DNA of 32,000 nt from Oscillospiraceae bacterium (GTDB lineage: Bacteria > Bacillota > Clostridia > Oscillospirales > Oscillospiraceae). Shown here in pieces: positions 17,204 to 25,654 of this stretch. Numbering within the stretch: position 1 is the first letter of the stretch; each line of letters begins with the position of its first letter. The notes beneath the pieces are model-generated. The model had not been told where the DNA came from and searched no databases. It saw only the letters and a list, made by a program, of their open reading frames with translations. The stretch covers positions 213,967 to 245,966 of the forward strand of contig JAYFPO010000023.1 in assembly GCA_034927685.1 (NCBI GenBank). Direction: 5' to 3'. Made by a program: the position numbers and the translations under genes.

Positions 17204-17602
17204 TTACCAGACAAACGCGAGGACTTCGCCGCCGACGTGCAGCTCTCTGGCTTTCCGATCGGTCATGACGCCCTTGGATGTGGAAATGATTGCAATGCCG
17301 AGGCCCTTCAGAACCTTGGGCACTTCGTCGGCGCCGGCATAGACACGCAGGCCGGGCTTGGAAACGCGGCGAAGACCGGACAGGGCCTTCTCCTGCTTGC
17401 CGAGGTATTTCAGTACGACGCGGATCACGCCCTGCGTGCCGTCATCCTTCACCTCATAGCTCTTGATATAGCCTTCCTGGAGAAGGATCTGCGCAAGGGC
17501 CTTCTTCAGGTTGGAAGCAGGAATGTCGACAGTGGGGTGCTTGGCGGAGTTTGCGTTCCGAATACGGGTCAGCATATCTGCTACGGGATCGGTAATTTGC
17601 AT
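17204..17602 (-). CDS. rpsH: 30S ribosomal protein S8 (uS8)
   Basis: [22 protein letters not shown]... matches the uS8 family. Confidence 0.96.
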   Translation of the reverse strand: MQITDPVADMLTRIRNANSAKHPTVDIPASNLKKALAQILLQEGYIKSYEVKDDGTQGVIRVVLKYLGKQEKALSGLRRVSKPGLRVYAGADEVPKVLKGLGIAIISTSKGVMTDRKARELHVGGEVLAFVW

Positions 17603-17625
17603 GTTACTACCTCCTATCAGAAGTT

Positions 17626-17707
17626 ACAGACGTTGTCTGTGATGATTTCAGGGTATCAGCGGAATGTTGACCGCACGCGGCCTCATCTTCCGCTGACTAC
17701 TGAAACC
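17626..17707 (-). promoter_or_regulatory. Structured RNA element in the rpsN-rpsH spacer (candidate r-protein autoregulatory site)
   Basis: Minus strand reads ggtttcag-tag-tcagcggaa-gatga-ggccg-cgtg-cggtc-aaca-ttccgctga-ta-ctgaaatc, a three-tier hairpin of 8+9+5 bp. It is followed by a second hairpin, acagac-aac-gtctgt, and then the rpsH SD. Confidence 0.3.
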
Positions 17708-17724
17708 CGTTCTCAAATAATTCG

Positions 17725-17910
17725 TTACCAGCTTGCCTTCTTGACGCCTGGGATCTCGCCCTTGTGCGCCAGCTCCCGGAAGCAGATACGGCAAACGCCG
17801 AAGTCCCGCAGATAGGCATGGGGTCTGCCGCAAATCTTGCAGCGGTTGTAACGGCGGCAGGAGAACTTTGGCTCTCTCTGCTGCTTCAGGATCATTGCTT
17901 TTTTCGCCAT
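17725..17910 (-). CDS. rpsN: 30S ribosomal protein S14, type Z (zinc-binding, 61 aa)
   Basis: [61 protein letters not shown]. Confidence 0.95.
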   Translation of the reverse strand: MAKKAMILKQQREPKFSCRRYNRCKICGRPHAYLRDFGVCRICFRELAHKGEIPGVKKASW

Positions 17911-17926
17911 TATTCAATTCCTCCCA

Positions 17927-18466
17927 TCAAGCGTAAAACGGAGCGCCGACCAGTTTCAACAGCTCCTTGGCTTCCTCGTCCGTCTTTGCACTGGTGCAAA
18001 TGATGACGTCCATGCCGCGGATCTTGTCAACTTTGTCGTACTCGATTTCAGGGAAGATGAGCTGCTCCTTCAGGCCAAAGGCATAGTTGCCGCGACCGTC
18101 GAAGGAGTTGGGATTGATGCCGCGGAAGTCGCGGACACGGGGCAGCGCCACATTGAAGAGGCGGTCCAAAAATTCCCACATTCTTTCTCCGCGCAGCGTC
18201 GCCTTGACGCCGACGGTTTCGCCCTCACGGACCTTGAAGTTCGCAACGGACTTCCGGGCCTTGGTGGTAATCGGCTTCTGCCCGGTGATCGTAGCGATGT
18301 CTCTGCAAATTGCCTCGATCTCCTTCTGGTTGTTCTTGCTCTCGCCGCAGCCGACGTTCAAAACAATCTTCTCCACCTTGGGGATCTGCATAACGCTCTT
18401 GTAGGCAAATTTGTTCATCAGAGCGGGAGCGATTTCATCGTTATATCTAATTTTCAGTCTAGCCAT
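17927..18466 (-). CDS. rplE: 50S ribosomal protein L5 (uL5)
   Basis: [39 protein letters not shown]... matches the uL5 family. Confidence 0.96.
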   Translation of the reverse strand: MARLKIRYNDEIAPALMNKFAYKSVMQIPKVEKIVLNVGCGESKNNQKEIEAICRDIATITGQKPITTKARKSVANFKVREGETVGVKATLRGERMWEFLDRLFNVALPRVRDFRGINPNSFDGRGNYAFGLKEQLIFPEIEYDKVDKIRGMDVIICTSAKTDEEAKELLKLVGAPFYA

Positions 18467-18484
18467 TTATTCTGCTCCTCCCTC

Positions 18485-18793
18485 TCAGATTTCTGCGCCG
18501 CACTTTTTACAGACGCGGGACTTTTTATCGCCCTCGACCTTATGTGCAACGCGGGTACCCTTGCCGCACTTGGGGCAGACGAGCTGCACCTTGTCGGCGC
18601 GGATGGGGATCTCACGGCGGATGATGCCGCCCTGATCGCCCTGCTTCTTGGGCTTGGTGTGGCAGGATGCAACGTTGACGCCTTCCACAACGACCTTGTT
18701 ATCTGTAGGCATTGCCCGCAGAATTTTCCCCTTCTTGCCCTTGTCCTTGCCGGACAGAACAAGCACGGTATCATTGGTCTTAATATTCATCAT
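18485..18793 (-). CDS. rplX: 50S ribosomal protein L24 (uL24) with C-terminal CxxC...CxxC
   Basis: ...DTVLVLSGKDKGKKGKILRAMP... is the KOW region. The C-terminus has CPKCG...CKKCG. The start may be the second ATG (18790), 7 nt after GGAGG. Confidence 0.94.
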   Translation of the reverse strand: MMNIKTNDTVLVLSGKDKGKKGKILRAMPTDNKVVVEGVNVASCHTKPKKQGDQGGIIRREIPIRADKVQLVCPKCGKGTRVAHKVEGDKKSRVCKKCGAEI

Positions 18794-18803
18794 GGTACCT
18801 CCG

Positions 18804-19172
18804 TTAAATGGTTTCCGGTGCCAGGGAGAGGATCTTCATGAATTCCTTATCACGAAGTTCTCTTGCAACCGGCCCAAAAATACGGGTACCGCTGGGGTTC
18901 TTATCGTCCTTGATGAGAACGGCCGCGTTCTCGTCAAAGCGAACGTAGGTGCCGTCGGCACGATGAACGCCCTTGGCGGTACGGACGATGACCGCTTTGA
19001 CGACGTCGCCCTTCTTCACGCTGCCACCGGGTGACGACTTGCGGACGGAAGCGACGATGATATCACCGATGCTGCCGAACTTCCGCTTGGAGCCGCCCAG
19101 GACGCGGATACATTTAATCTCTTTGGCGCCGGTATTGTCGGCAACCTTCAGAAAACTTTCCTGTTGAATCAT
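18804..19172 (-). CDS. rplN: 50S ribosomal protein L14 (uL14)
   Basis: [32 protein letters not shown]... matches the uL14 family. Confidence 0.97.
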   Translation of the reverse strand: MIQQESFLKVADNTGAKEIKCIRVLGGSKRKFGSIGDIIVASVRKSSPGGSVKKGDVVKAVIVRTAKGVHRADGTYVRFDENAAVLIKDDKNPSGTRIFGPVARELRDKEFMKILSLAPETI

Positions 19173-19186
19173 GGATTGTTGCCTCC

Positions 19187-19450
19187 TTACTTAGCCTTTT
19201 CGATGATTTCAACGAGTCTCCATCTCTTGTCCTTGGACATGGGACGGCATTCCATTACCTTGACGGTGTCGCCAATGCCACACTCGTTATTCTCGTCATG
19301 CGCCTTCAGCTTATTGGTGCGCTTGATGATTTTTTTGTACAGCTTGTGCTGTACGCTGTCCTCGATAGCAACCACGATGGTCTTGTCCATCTTGTCGGAG
19401 ACGACCTGACCAATTCTGGTTTTACGGAACGCTCTAGTAGTTTCATCCAT
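19187..19450 (-). CDS. rpsQ: 30S ribosomal protein S17 (uS17)
   Basis: ...[22 protein letters not shown]...[36 protein letters not shown]. Confidence 0.95.
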   Translation of the reverse strand: MDETTRAFRKTRIGQVVSDKMDKTIVVAIEDSVQHKLYKKIIKRTNKLKAHDENNECGIGDTVKVMECRPMSKDKRWRLVEIIEKAK

Positions 19451-19464
19451 TACCGCTTACCTCC

Positions 19465-19659
19465 TCAGTTCTCAGCCTGTTTCTCACGAATGATGGTTTT
19501 GACGCGGGCGATATCCTTCTTGACCACGCTAATTTTGATCGGGTTGTCAAGCTGGTTTGTGGCATGCTGCATCCGCAGGAAGAACAGATCCTTCTTCAGA
19601 TCGGCAGCCTTGGCTTCCAGTTCAGCGGTGGTCATTTCTCTGAGTTCCACAGTCTTCAT
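19465..19659 (-). CDS. rpmC: 50S ribosomal protein L29 (uL29)
   Basis: [40 protein letters not shown]... The start overlaps the rplP stop by 4 nt. Confidence 0.94.
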   Translation of the reverse strand: MKTVELREMTTAELEAKAADLKKDLFFLRMQHATNQLDNPIKISVVKKDIARVKTIIREKQAEN

Positions 19660-20084
19660 GATTCTTCACCATCGCTTTCTTCTTTCTTGATAATCCTGCA
19701 CTTCACGGGGAGCTTGTGCATGGCGAGGCGAAGGGCTTCGCGGGCAATATCGTCGGGCACGCCGCCGATCTCAAACATGACCTTCTGTGTCTTGACAACG
19801 GCAACCCAGTACTCGGGAGCGCCTTTGCCGGAACCCATACGAGTACCCAGCGCCTTTTTGGTGACGGGCTTATCGGGGAAGATCTTAATCCAGACCTGAC
19901 CGCCGCGCTTGGTGTAACGGGTCATGGCCACACGGGCGGCCTCAATCTGGTTGCCTGTGATCCAGCCCGGCTCCAACGCCTGAAGGCCGTAATCGCCATA
20001 GGAAACCTTGTTTCCGCGGGAAGCAACGCCGGTCATACGGCCTCTGTGCACCCTGCGGTACTTGACTCTCTTTGGCATTAACAT
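19656..20084 (-). CDS. rplP: 50S ribosomal protein L16 (uL16)
   Basis: [19 protein letters not shown]... matches the uL16 family. Confidence 0.96.
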   Translation of the reverse strand: MLMPKRVKYRRVHRGRMTGVASRGNKVSYGDYGLQALEPGWITGNQIEAARVAMTRYTKRGGQVWIKIFPDKPVTKKALGTRMGSGKGAPEYWVAVVKTQKVMFEIGGVPDDIAREALRLAMHKLPVKCRIIKKEESDGEES

Positions 20085-20920
20085 CAGCGGTTGCCTCCTT
20101 CCCGATTATTGTTGAAGGGCCTATTGCCGCCGTTATTGCCGTTATTGCCGGCATAGTTTCTGTCTCTGTTGAAGGGACGGCGGTCGCCGTCTCTCCGGTC
20201 GCCATCACGGCGGTCGCCGGGACGACGGTCACCCGGACGGCGGTCGCGGCGGTCGCGCTTGGCGGGTTCCGGGTTCTCAACGCGCAGCGTGGAGTTCAGG
20301 ACCTCGCCTTTATAGATCCAGACCTTGCAGCCAATTTTGCCGTAGGTGGTATTGGCCTCGGCAAAGCCGTAGTCGATGTCGGCGCGCAGCGTCTGCAGGG
20401 GGATCGTTCCCTCGTGATAGGTCTCGCTGCGGGCGATTTCGGCGCCGCCCAGACGGCCGGCACAGGCACATTTGATGCCCTTGGCGCCAAGGCGGGTTGC
20501 TCTCTGCATGGCCTGCTTCATCGCACGCCGAAAGGAAATTCTCTTTTCGAGCTGGGCCGCGACGTTCTCGGCCACCAGCTGGGCGTTCAGATCAGGGCTG
20601 CGGACCTCAACAATGTTCAGAGCGACGGACTTGCCGATTCTCTTTTCCATTGTCAGACGCAGCTTCTCAATCTCCGTACCGCCTCTGCCGATGATAACGC
20701 CCGGGCGGGAGCTGTGAATATTAATTTTAACCTTGCCGTTGCTTCTCTCAATCTCGATTTTGGCAATGCCAGCGGAGTAGAGGGCCTTTTTCAGATATTT
20801 CCGAATATTGTAATCCTCTACAATCAGGTCGCCGACCTGATCCTCGCGGGCGTACCAACGAGAGTCCCAGTCCTTAATTACGCCGACGCGCAATCCATGG
20901 GGATTAACTTTTTGTCCCAT
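20084..20920 (-). CDS. rpsC: 30S ribosomal protein S3 (uS3) with about 70-aa low-complexity C-terminal tail
   Basis: [24 protein letters not shown]... is the canonical uS3 core. The tail reads [57 protein letters not shown]. Confidence 0.95.
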   Translation of the reverse strand: MGQKVNPHGLRVGVIKDWDSRWYAREDQVGDLIVEDYNIRKYLKKALYSAGIAKIEIERSNGKVKINIHSSRPGVIIGRGGTEIEKLRLTMEKRIGKSVALNIVEVRSPDLNAQLVAENVAAQLEKRISFRRAMKQAMQRATRLGAKGIKCACAGRLGGAEIARSETYHEGTIPLQTLRADIDYGFAEANTTYGKIGCKVWIYKGEVLNSTLRVENPEPAKRDRRDRRPGDRRPGDRRDGDRRDGDRRPFNRDRNYAGNNGNNGGNRPFNNNREGGNR

Positions 20921-20933
20921 AGCTACCTCCTGT

Positions 20934-21272
20934 TTAAGCCTTCTCGCTCACACCAATGGTGATGTGAGTGGTTCTCTTCAGAATGCGATTGTAACTGCCC
21001 TTGGCACGGGGCATGCCGCGCTTCAGCGTGGGGCCAGGGTCGGCAACCGCAGTGGAGATGAACAGTTTGTCGCCGTCCATGCCAAAGTTGTTTTCCGCAT
21101 TGGCCTTGGCGCTCTCCAAAACCTTCAGGACAGGCTCGCAGGCGATCTTCGACGTATTCAACATGTGTGCCCGGGCAGTCTTGTAATCTTCACCGCGGAT
21201 CATATCGCAGATGATCTTGACCTTCCTGGGAGACATGCGCAAATATTTCAGTTTTGCTTTCGCTTCCATCAA
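20934..21272 (-). CDS. rplV: 50S ribosomal protein L22 (uL22)
   Basis: ...[24 protein letters not shown]... matches the uL22 family. Confidence 0.95.
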   Translation of the reverse strand: MMEAKAKLKYLRMSPRKVKIICDMIRGEDYKTARAHMLNTSKIACEPVLKVLESAKANAENNFGMDGDKLFISTAVADPGPTLKRGMPRAKGSYNRILKRTTHITIGVSEKA

Positions 21273-21283
21273 ATTGTCCTCCC

Positions 21284-21562
21284 TTAGCCGTTATTGGAGG
21301 TCTTGCTGCCGGCGTGTCCCCTGAACGTTCTGGTGGGAACGAATTCACCCAGCTTGTGACCGACCATGTCTTCCGTCATATAGACGGGTACGTGCTTCCG
21401 GCCGTCATGGACCGCGATGGTATGGCCGACAAAGGAGGGGAAAATGGTAGAGGATCTGGACCAGGTCTTCAGCACTTTCTTTTCGCCGTTCTTGTTCAGC
21501 AATTCCACTCTCTTATAGAGCTCCGGTGCGACATATGGGCCTTTTTTAACACTTCTGCTCAT
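21284..21562 (-). CDS. rpsS: 30S ribosomal protein S19 (uS19)
   Basis: [19 protein letters not shown]...[29 protein letters not shown]. Confidence 0.97.
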   Translation of the reverse strand: MSRSVKKGPYVAPELYKRVELLNKNGEKKVLKTWSRSSTIFPSFVGHTIAVHDGRKHVPVYMTEDMVGHKLGEFVPTRTFRGHAGSKTSNNG

Positions 21563-21574
21563 CTTTCTTCCTCC

Positions 21575-22411
21575 TTACTTGCTGTTTCTGCGCTTGACGA
21601 TGAACTTATTGGTGCGGTTCTTCTTCTTGCGCGTCTTATAACCCATCGTTGGCTTGCCCCAAGGAGTAACAGGGCCGGGTCGGCCGACAGGAGCCTTGCC
21701 TTCGCCGCCGCCGTGGGGGTGGTCATTGGGGTTCATGGCGGAGCCGCGGACCGTGGGACGAATGCCCATGTGGCGCTTCCGGCCGGCCTTGCCGATATGA
21801 ATGTTCTCGTGGTCGAGATTGCCGACCTCGCCGATGACTGCGGTGCAGTTCATGCGGACCAGGCGGACCTCGCCGGAGGGCATTCTGATCTGGGCCATCT
21901 CGCCGTCCTTCGCCATCAACTGCGCGAATGTACCGGCTGCGCGAACCAACTGTGCGCCGCGTCCGGGATTCATCTCCACATTGTGGATGATCGTGCCCAC
22001 GGGGATATTGGCGATCGGCAGGCAGTTACCTGGCTTGATGTCGGCGGCAGCGGATGACAGCACGACATCCCCGGCCTTCAGGCCGACGGGCGCCACGATA
22101 TAACGGAGCTCACTGTCCTCATATTTCACCAATGCGATGAACGCGCTGCGGTTGGGATCGTACTCGATGCGCTGCACAGTGGCGGGCATATCGATCTTAT
22201 CGCGCTTGAAGTCGATGATTCTATATTTGCGTTTGTTTCCGCCGCCACGATGACGGACGGTAATTCTGCCGTAGCTGTTGCGACCAGCATTCTTCTTGAC
22301 GGTCTCAACCAGGCTGCGCTCAGGCTTTGCTTTCTTATCCACACCCTCAAAGGCGGAAACAGTCATGTTTCTCCTGGAGGGGGTATAAGGCTTAAAAGAT
22401 TTGATTGCCAT
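21575..22411 (-). CDS. rplB: 50S ribosomal protein L2 (uL2)
   Basis: [18 protein letters not shown]...[17 protein letters not shown]. Confidence 0.97.
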   Translation of the reverse strand: MAIKSFKPYTPSRRNMTVSAFEGVDKKAKPERSLVETVKKNAGRNSYGRITVRHRGGGNKRKYRIIDFKRDKIDMPATVQRIEYDPNRSAFIALVKYEDSELRYIVAPVGLKAGDVVLSSAAADIKPGNCLPIANIPVGTIIHNVEMNPGRGAQLVRAAGTFAQLMAKDGEMAQIRMPSGEVRLVRMNCTAVIGEVGNLDHENIHIGKAGRKRHMGIRPTVRGSAMNPNDHPHGGGEGKAPVGRPGPVTPWGKPTMGYKTRKKKNRTNKFIVKRRNSK

Positions 22412-22436
22412 TTTGCGTTACACTCCTTTTCGAGAA

Positions 22437-22733
22437 TTAGACCATGCCTTCGAAGAATTCGATGGTCTTGGAATCCGCGGTCAACTTCACCATGGCTTTC
22501 TTAAAGGAAGCACGGCGACCGGCAGGGGAAGAACCCTGGTGCTTCTCTTTGCCTTCCATCCGGAGGGTGTTCACCTTTTCGACCTTCACGCCGAAAATTT
22601 CCTCCACCGCCTTCTTGATCTCGGTCTTGTTGGTGTCGGTGGCAACTAAGAACACATACTTCTTCTCGTCGGCAGACTCCATGGACTGCTCGGTGATGAC
22701 GGGCCGAAGGATAATATCATAAGCGTTCTTCAT
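22437..22733 (-). CDS. rplW: 50S ribosomal protein L23 (uL23)
   Basis: MKNAYDIILRPVITEQSMESADEKKYVFLV... matches the uL23 family. Confidence 0.95.
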   Translation of the reverse strand: MKNAYDIILRPVITEQSMESADEKKYVFLVATDTNKTEIKKAVEEIFGVKVEKVNTLRMEGKEKHQGSSPAGRRASFKKAMVKLTADSKTIEFFEGMV

Positions 22734-23356
22734 TACGCAAATACCTCCTCAATCTTGGTCAGCGCGGCCTGGTCAACAACAAACTTTTTGGCGTTCAGAA
22801 TGTCATAGACGTTCAGAACGTTCGCGAAGGAAACGCTGACGCCGGGGATGTTGCGCGCGCTCTTTACGACGAACTCGTCGTTTTCCGCGGTTACGACAAG
22901 GGCCTTGCAGTCGGCGCCGACGGCGGAAAGAAAGCTCTTGAAGGATTTGGTCTTGATTTCGTTCATCTTGATCGCATCGATCACGATGATCTCCTCGGCC
23001 TGAGCCTTGGCGGAAAGCGCGGACTTCATTGCGAGTCTCCTCACCTTCTTGTTCAGGCTGTAGGAGTAATCTCTGGGCTTCGGGGCAAACACGATGCCGC
23101 CGTGGGTCCACTGGGGTGCGCGGGTGGAACCCTGACGCGCGTGCCCGGTGCCCTTCTGTTTCCAGGGCTTCCTGCCGCCGCCGGAGACCTCCGCGCGGGT
23201 CAGCGCGGACTGTGTACCCTGCCGGCAATTGGCCAGGTGATTCTTAATGATGTCGTGCACGACGGCCTGATTGGGCTCGATGCCGAAGATTGCCTCGTTC
23301 AGCTGAGCTTCGCCGACCTGCTGGCCGGACATGTTGAGAACTTTAACGGTAGCCAT
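22733..23356 (-). CDS. rplD: 50S ribosomal protein L4 (uL4)
   Basis: ...TRAEVSGGGRKPWKQKGTGHARQGSTRAPQWTHGGIVFAPKPRDY. Confidence 0.96.
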   Translation of the reverse strand: MATVKVLNMSGQQVGEAQLNEAIFGIEPNQAVVHDIIKNHLANCRQGTQSALTRAEVSGGGRKPWKQKGTGHARQGSTRAPQWTHGGIVFAPKPRDYSYSLNKKVRRLAMKSALSAKAQAEEIIVIDAIKMNEIKTKSFKSFLSAVGADCKALVVTAENDEFVVKSARNIPGVSVSFANVLNVYDILNAKKFVVDQAALTKIEEVFA

Positions 23357-23373
23357 TTAAGCAATCTCCTTTC

Positions 23374-24099
23374 TTAGCGGTTTCTTGCGGAAGCCTTCTG
23401 CGGGTTCATACGCGCGGAAGCCTTCTGCGGGTTGATGGTGCCAACAGCAGCCGCCTGCTTGACGGCAGTCTTCTTGACGGTGCTCTTCACATAGACGAGG
23501 CCGCCTTTTGGACCGGGGATCGCGCCGCGGACTACCAGCATGTTGAGCTCAGGGTCAACCTTGACCACAACGAGATTCTGGACCGTGACCTGATCGACGC
23601 CCATCTGGCCCGCGCCGATCTTCCCCTTGAAAATCCGGGAGGGAGAAGAGGACGAACCCATGGAACCCGCATGGCGATGGACTGGGCCGCCGCCGTGAGA
23701 GGTCGGAGTTCTCTGCGCGCCGAAACGCTTGATAACGCCCTGAAAGCCATGGCCCTTGGAGACGCCGGTCACGTCGACCTTGTCGCCCTGGGCGAAGGTA
23801 TCGGCCTTGACGGTGTCACCGATGTTCATGTTTGCGGCGTCATCCAGCTTGAATTCCTTCAGGTGCTTCATAAGGCCGGTGCCGGCTTTCTTCAGGTGGC
23901 CGGCCTCGGGCCTCGACAGCCTGGACGCCTTGACTTCCTCAAAGCCGAGCTGTACGGAAGCGTAGCCTTCTTTTTCCGTGGTCTTCTTCTGCGTGACAAC
24001 GCAGGGACCGGCTTCAATGACAGTGACCGGAATGACGTGGCCGCTCTCATCGAAGATCTGGGTCATGCCCATTTTTTTGCCGATGATTGCTTTTTTCAT
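23374..24099 (-). CDS. rplC: 50S ribosomal protein L3 (uL3) with short repeated C-terminal tail
   Basis: MKKAIIGKKMGMTQIFDESGHVIPVTVIEAGPCVV... is the uL3 core. The tail reads INPQKASARMNPQKASARNR. Confidence 0.96.
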   Translation of the reverse strand: MKKAIIGKKMGMTQIFDESGHVIPVTVIEAGPCVVTQKKTTEKEGYASVQLGFEEVKASRLSRPEAGHLKKAGTGLMKHLKEFKLDDAANMNIGDTVKADTFAQGDKVDVTGVSKGHGFQGVIKRFGAQRTPTSHGGGPVHRHAGSMGSSSSPSRIFKGKIGAGQMGVDQVTVQNLVVVKVDPELNMLVVRGAIPGPKGGLVYVKSTVKKTAVKQAAAVGTINPQKASARMNPQKASARNR

Positions 24100-24222
24100 C
24101 TTGTTTGTTTCCTCCTGTATAGGTTATTGGTTGGCCCCATTTAGGAAAGGCCAACATGACCCGTCCGTCCTCTTACCGACGAACCGTGGCGGGCAGCTGT
24201 AATACATATTAATAATGTATGA

Positions 24223-24534
24223 TTACAGCTTTATCTCAATCTCAACGCCGGCGGGAAGATCCAGGGCCATCAGGGCCTCGACGGTCTTCTGGTTGGGGCT
24301 GAGAATATCGATCAGTCTCTTGTGGGTTCTGCGCTCGAACTGCTCGCGGGAATCCTTGTACTTGTGGACAGCGCGAAGGACGGTGATGATCTCTTTTTTG
24401 GTGGGCAGCGGAATAGGGCCGGAAACCTGAGCGCCGTTGCGCTTTGCGGTTTCGACGATTTTTTCCGCGCTGGAGTCGATGAGTTGATGATCATACGCCT
24501 TCAGACGAATTCTGATCATTTCCTGGTTTGCCAT
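24223..24534 (-). CDS. rpsJ: 30S ribosomal protein S10 (uS10)
   Basis: [47 protein letters not shown]... AAGGAGG lies 9 nt upstream of the ATG. Confidence 0.97.
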   Translation of the reverse strand: MANQEMIRIRLKAYDHQLIDSSAEKIVETAKRNGAQVSGPIPLPTKKEIITVLRAVHKYKDSREQFERRTHKRLIDILSPNQKTVEALMALDLPAGVEIEIKL

Positions 24535-24634
24535 TTCGTGTTTCCTCCTTAAATAACGTACTCAGTGTCTTTGTCTGCTGGGTACGGTCGAAAACTTGTC
24601 ATCCGCTATGCCGTGCGTATCATTCCGCATCATG

Positions 24635-24661
24635 AAAAAAGACCGACAGAATCCGTCGGCC
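24635..24661 (-). terminator. Intrinsic terminator/attenuator inside the S10 operon leader
   Basis: Minus strand reads ggccgacgg-att-ctgtcggtc (9 bp, two G-U pairs) followed directly by TTTTTT. It lies about 100 nt upstream of the rpsJ ATG and about 145-170 nt downstream of the predicted promoter. Confidence 0.55.
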
Positions 24662-24809
24662 TGGACTTTCACTGCGACGATTTACGCTGCAAGAGCAAGT
24701 TTTCAGCCGCCCGATGACCGGACATACTCCGCAGAAGTTACCGCCCTGGGGGCGCAATCTCCTGTTTCATCGCGTACCGCGGGCGACACCTAGGTTCGCA
24801 CGCTCGTTT

Positions 24810-24838
24810 ATAGTAATACACGGAGCCGTGAATGTCAA
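24810..24838 (-). promoter_or_regulatory. Sigma-A-type promoter of the S10-spc-alpha cluster
   Basis: Minus strand reads TTGACA-17 nt-TACTAT (-35 at 24833-24838, -10 at 24810-24815). An A-rich UP-like tract (aaaaaaattcatgaaaaacgccaaaatgaa) lies immediately upstream. Confidence 0.6.
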
Positions 24839-24990
24839 GTTCATTTTGGCGTTTTTCATGAATTTTTTTCTGCTTATTTAGGCATTCCAGAGATTTTTCA
24901 TGAAGCGACCGCGCAGCGGTAAAATTCACGCGCCGAGCGGTAAAATTCATTCTACGATCGTGCAAATTTTCCGCGTTTTCCTGCCGCGAT

Positions 24991-25035
24991 AACGGTCCTG
25001 CCGCAAAACTCTTTCGTTTTGCAGCAGGACCGTTT
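24991..25035 (-). terminator. Very stable hairpin closing the upstream catabolic operon (no clear U-tract)
   Basis: aacggtcctgccgcaaaac-tctttc-gttttgcagcaggaccgtt forms 19 bp with one G-U pair. It lies 55 nt downstream of the stop at 25090. Confidence 0.5.
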
Positions 25036-25089
25036 CAGATTTCAGGCTGCGAAGAGAGCCGCGGATTTCCCATGGCCCCCGCATTCTGC

Positions 25090-25641
25090 TCAGGAGCGCG
25101 ATGAGTTCCGTTGCTGGGAGTCGAAACCAGCGTCGAAGCAACCACCGTTTTTGGCGTTCCGCTTCCCCTTTTTCAGAAAATAGTGATCGACGGCGCTCCG
25201 CAGATAGTCGTGTTCAAACAGAGACGCGTGCGCGGCCAGCGCGCCGAGCATGACCACGTTGAGACCCCGCGGGTTGTCCTGTTCCAATGCCAGGTCCGTC
25301 GCAGCCACCGGCACAACGGTAATATCACTCCGATAGACCCGGCCGCTGGCCGCCATGGAGGTGTTGACTACCAAAATGCCGCCCGGCTTGATGCTTTTTT
25401 CAAACCTTGTGATGGAAGCGTCGTTCATAGCCAGAAGAATATCCAACTCCTCACAATAGGGACTTCCGATCTCTTCGTCGCTGATTTTCAGGCTGCAATT
25501 CGCTGTTCCGCCGCGCATTTCCGCTCCATAGGAGGGGAACCAGGTGACTCGCATCCCCTGTTCCATGGCGGCATCCGCCAGAATCAATCCCGCCACCAGT
25601 GTGCCCTGACCGCCGAAGCCCGCGCAAATGATTTCTGTCAT
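25090..25641 (-). CDS. 2-oxoacid:ferredoxin oxidoreductase, gamma subunit
   Basis: Start trimmed to MTEIICAGFGGQGTLVAGLILA (GxGGQG motif). AGGGAGGAA lies upstream of ATG 25641. Confidence 0.88.
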   Translation of the reverse strand: MTEIICAGFGGQGTLVAGLILADAAMEQGMRVTWFPSYGAEMRGGTANCSLKISDEEIGSPYCEELDILLAMNDASITRFEKSIKPGGILVVNTSMAASGRVYRSDITVVPVAATDLALEQDNPRGLNVVMLGALAAHASLFEHDYLRSAVDHYFLKKGKRNAKNGGCFDAGFDSQQRNSSRS

Positions 25642-25654
25642 CGTAATTTCCTCC

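Noticed and set aside
24660-24690. gtgaaagtcc in the S10 leader resembles the RNase P P4 GGAAAGUCC box
   Set aside because: It is an isolated match. The rest of the RNase P core (second P4 strand, P10-P12, about 350-400 nt length) is absent. The element is only about 170 nt long and ends in a terminator.
24596-25141. ORFs 24596-24793 (+), 24738-24965 (-) and 24947-25141 (-) around the S10 promoter and leader
   Set aside because: They are short, lack an SD, and overlap the promoter, terminator and leader structures. No family resemblance.
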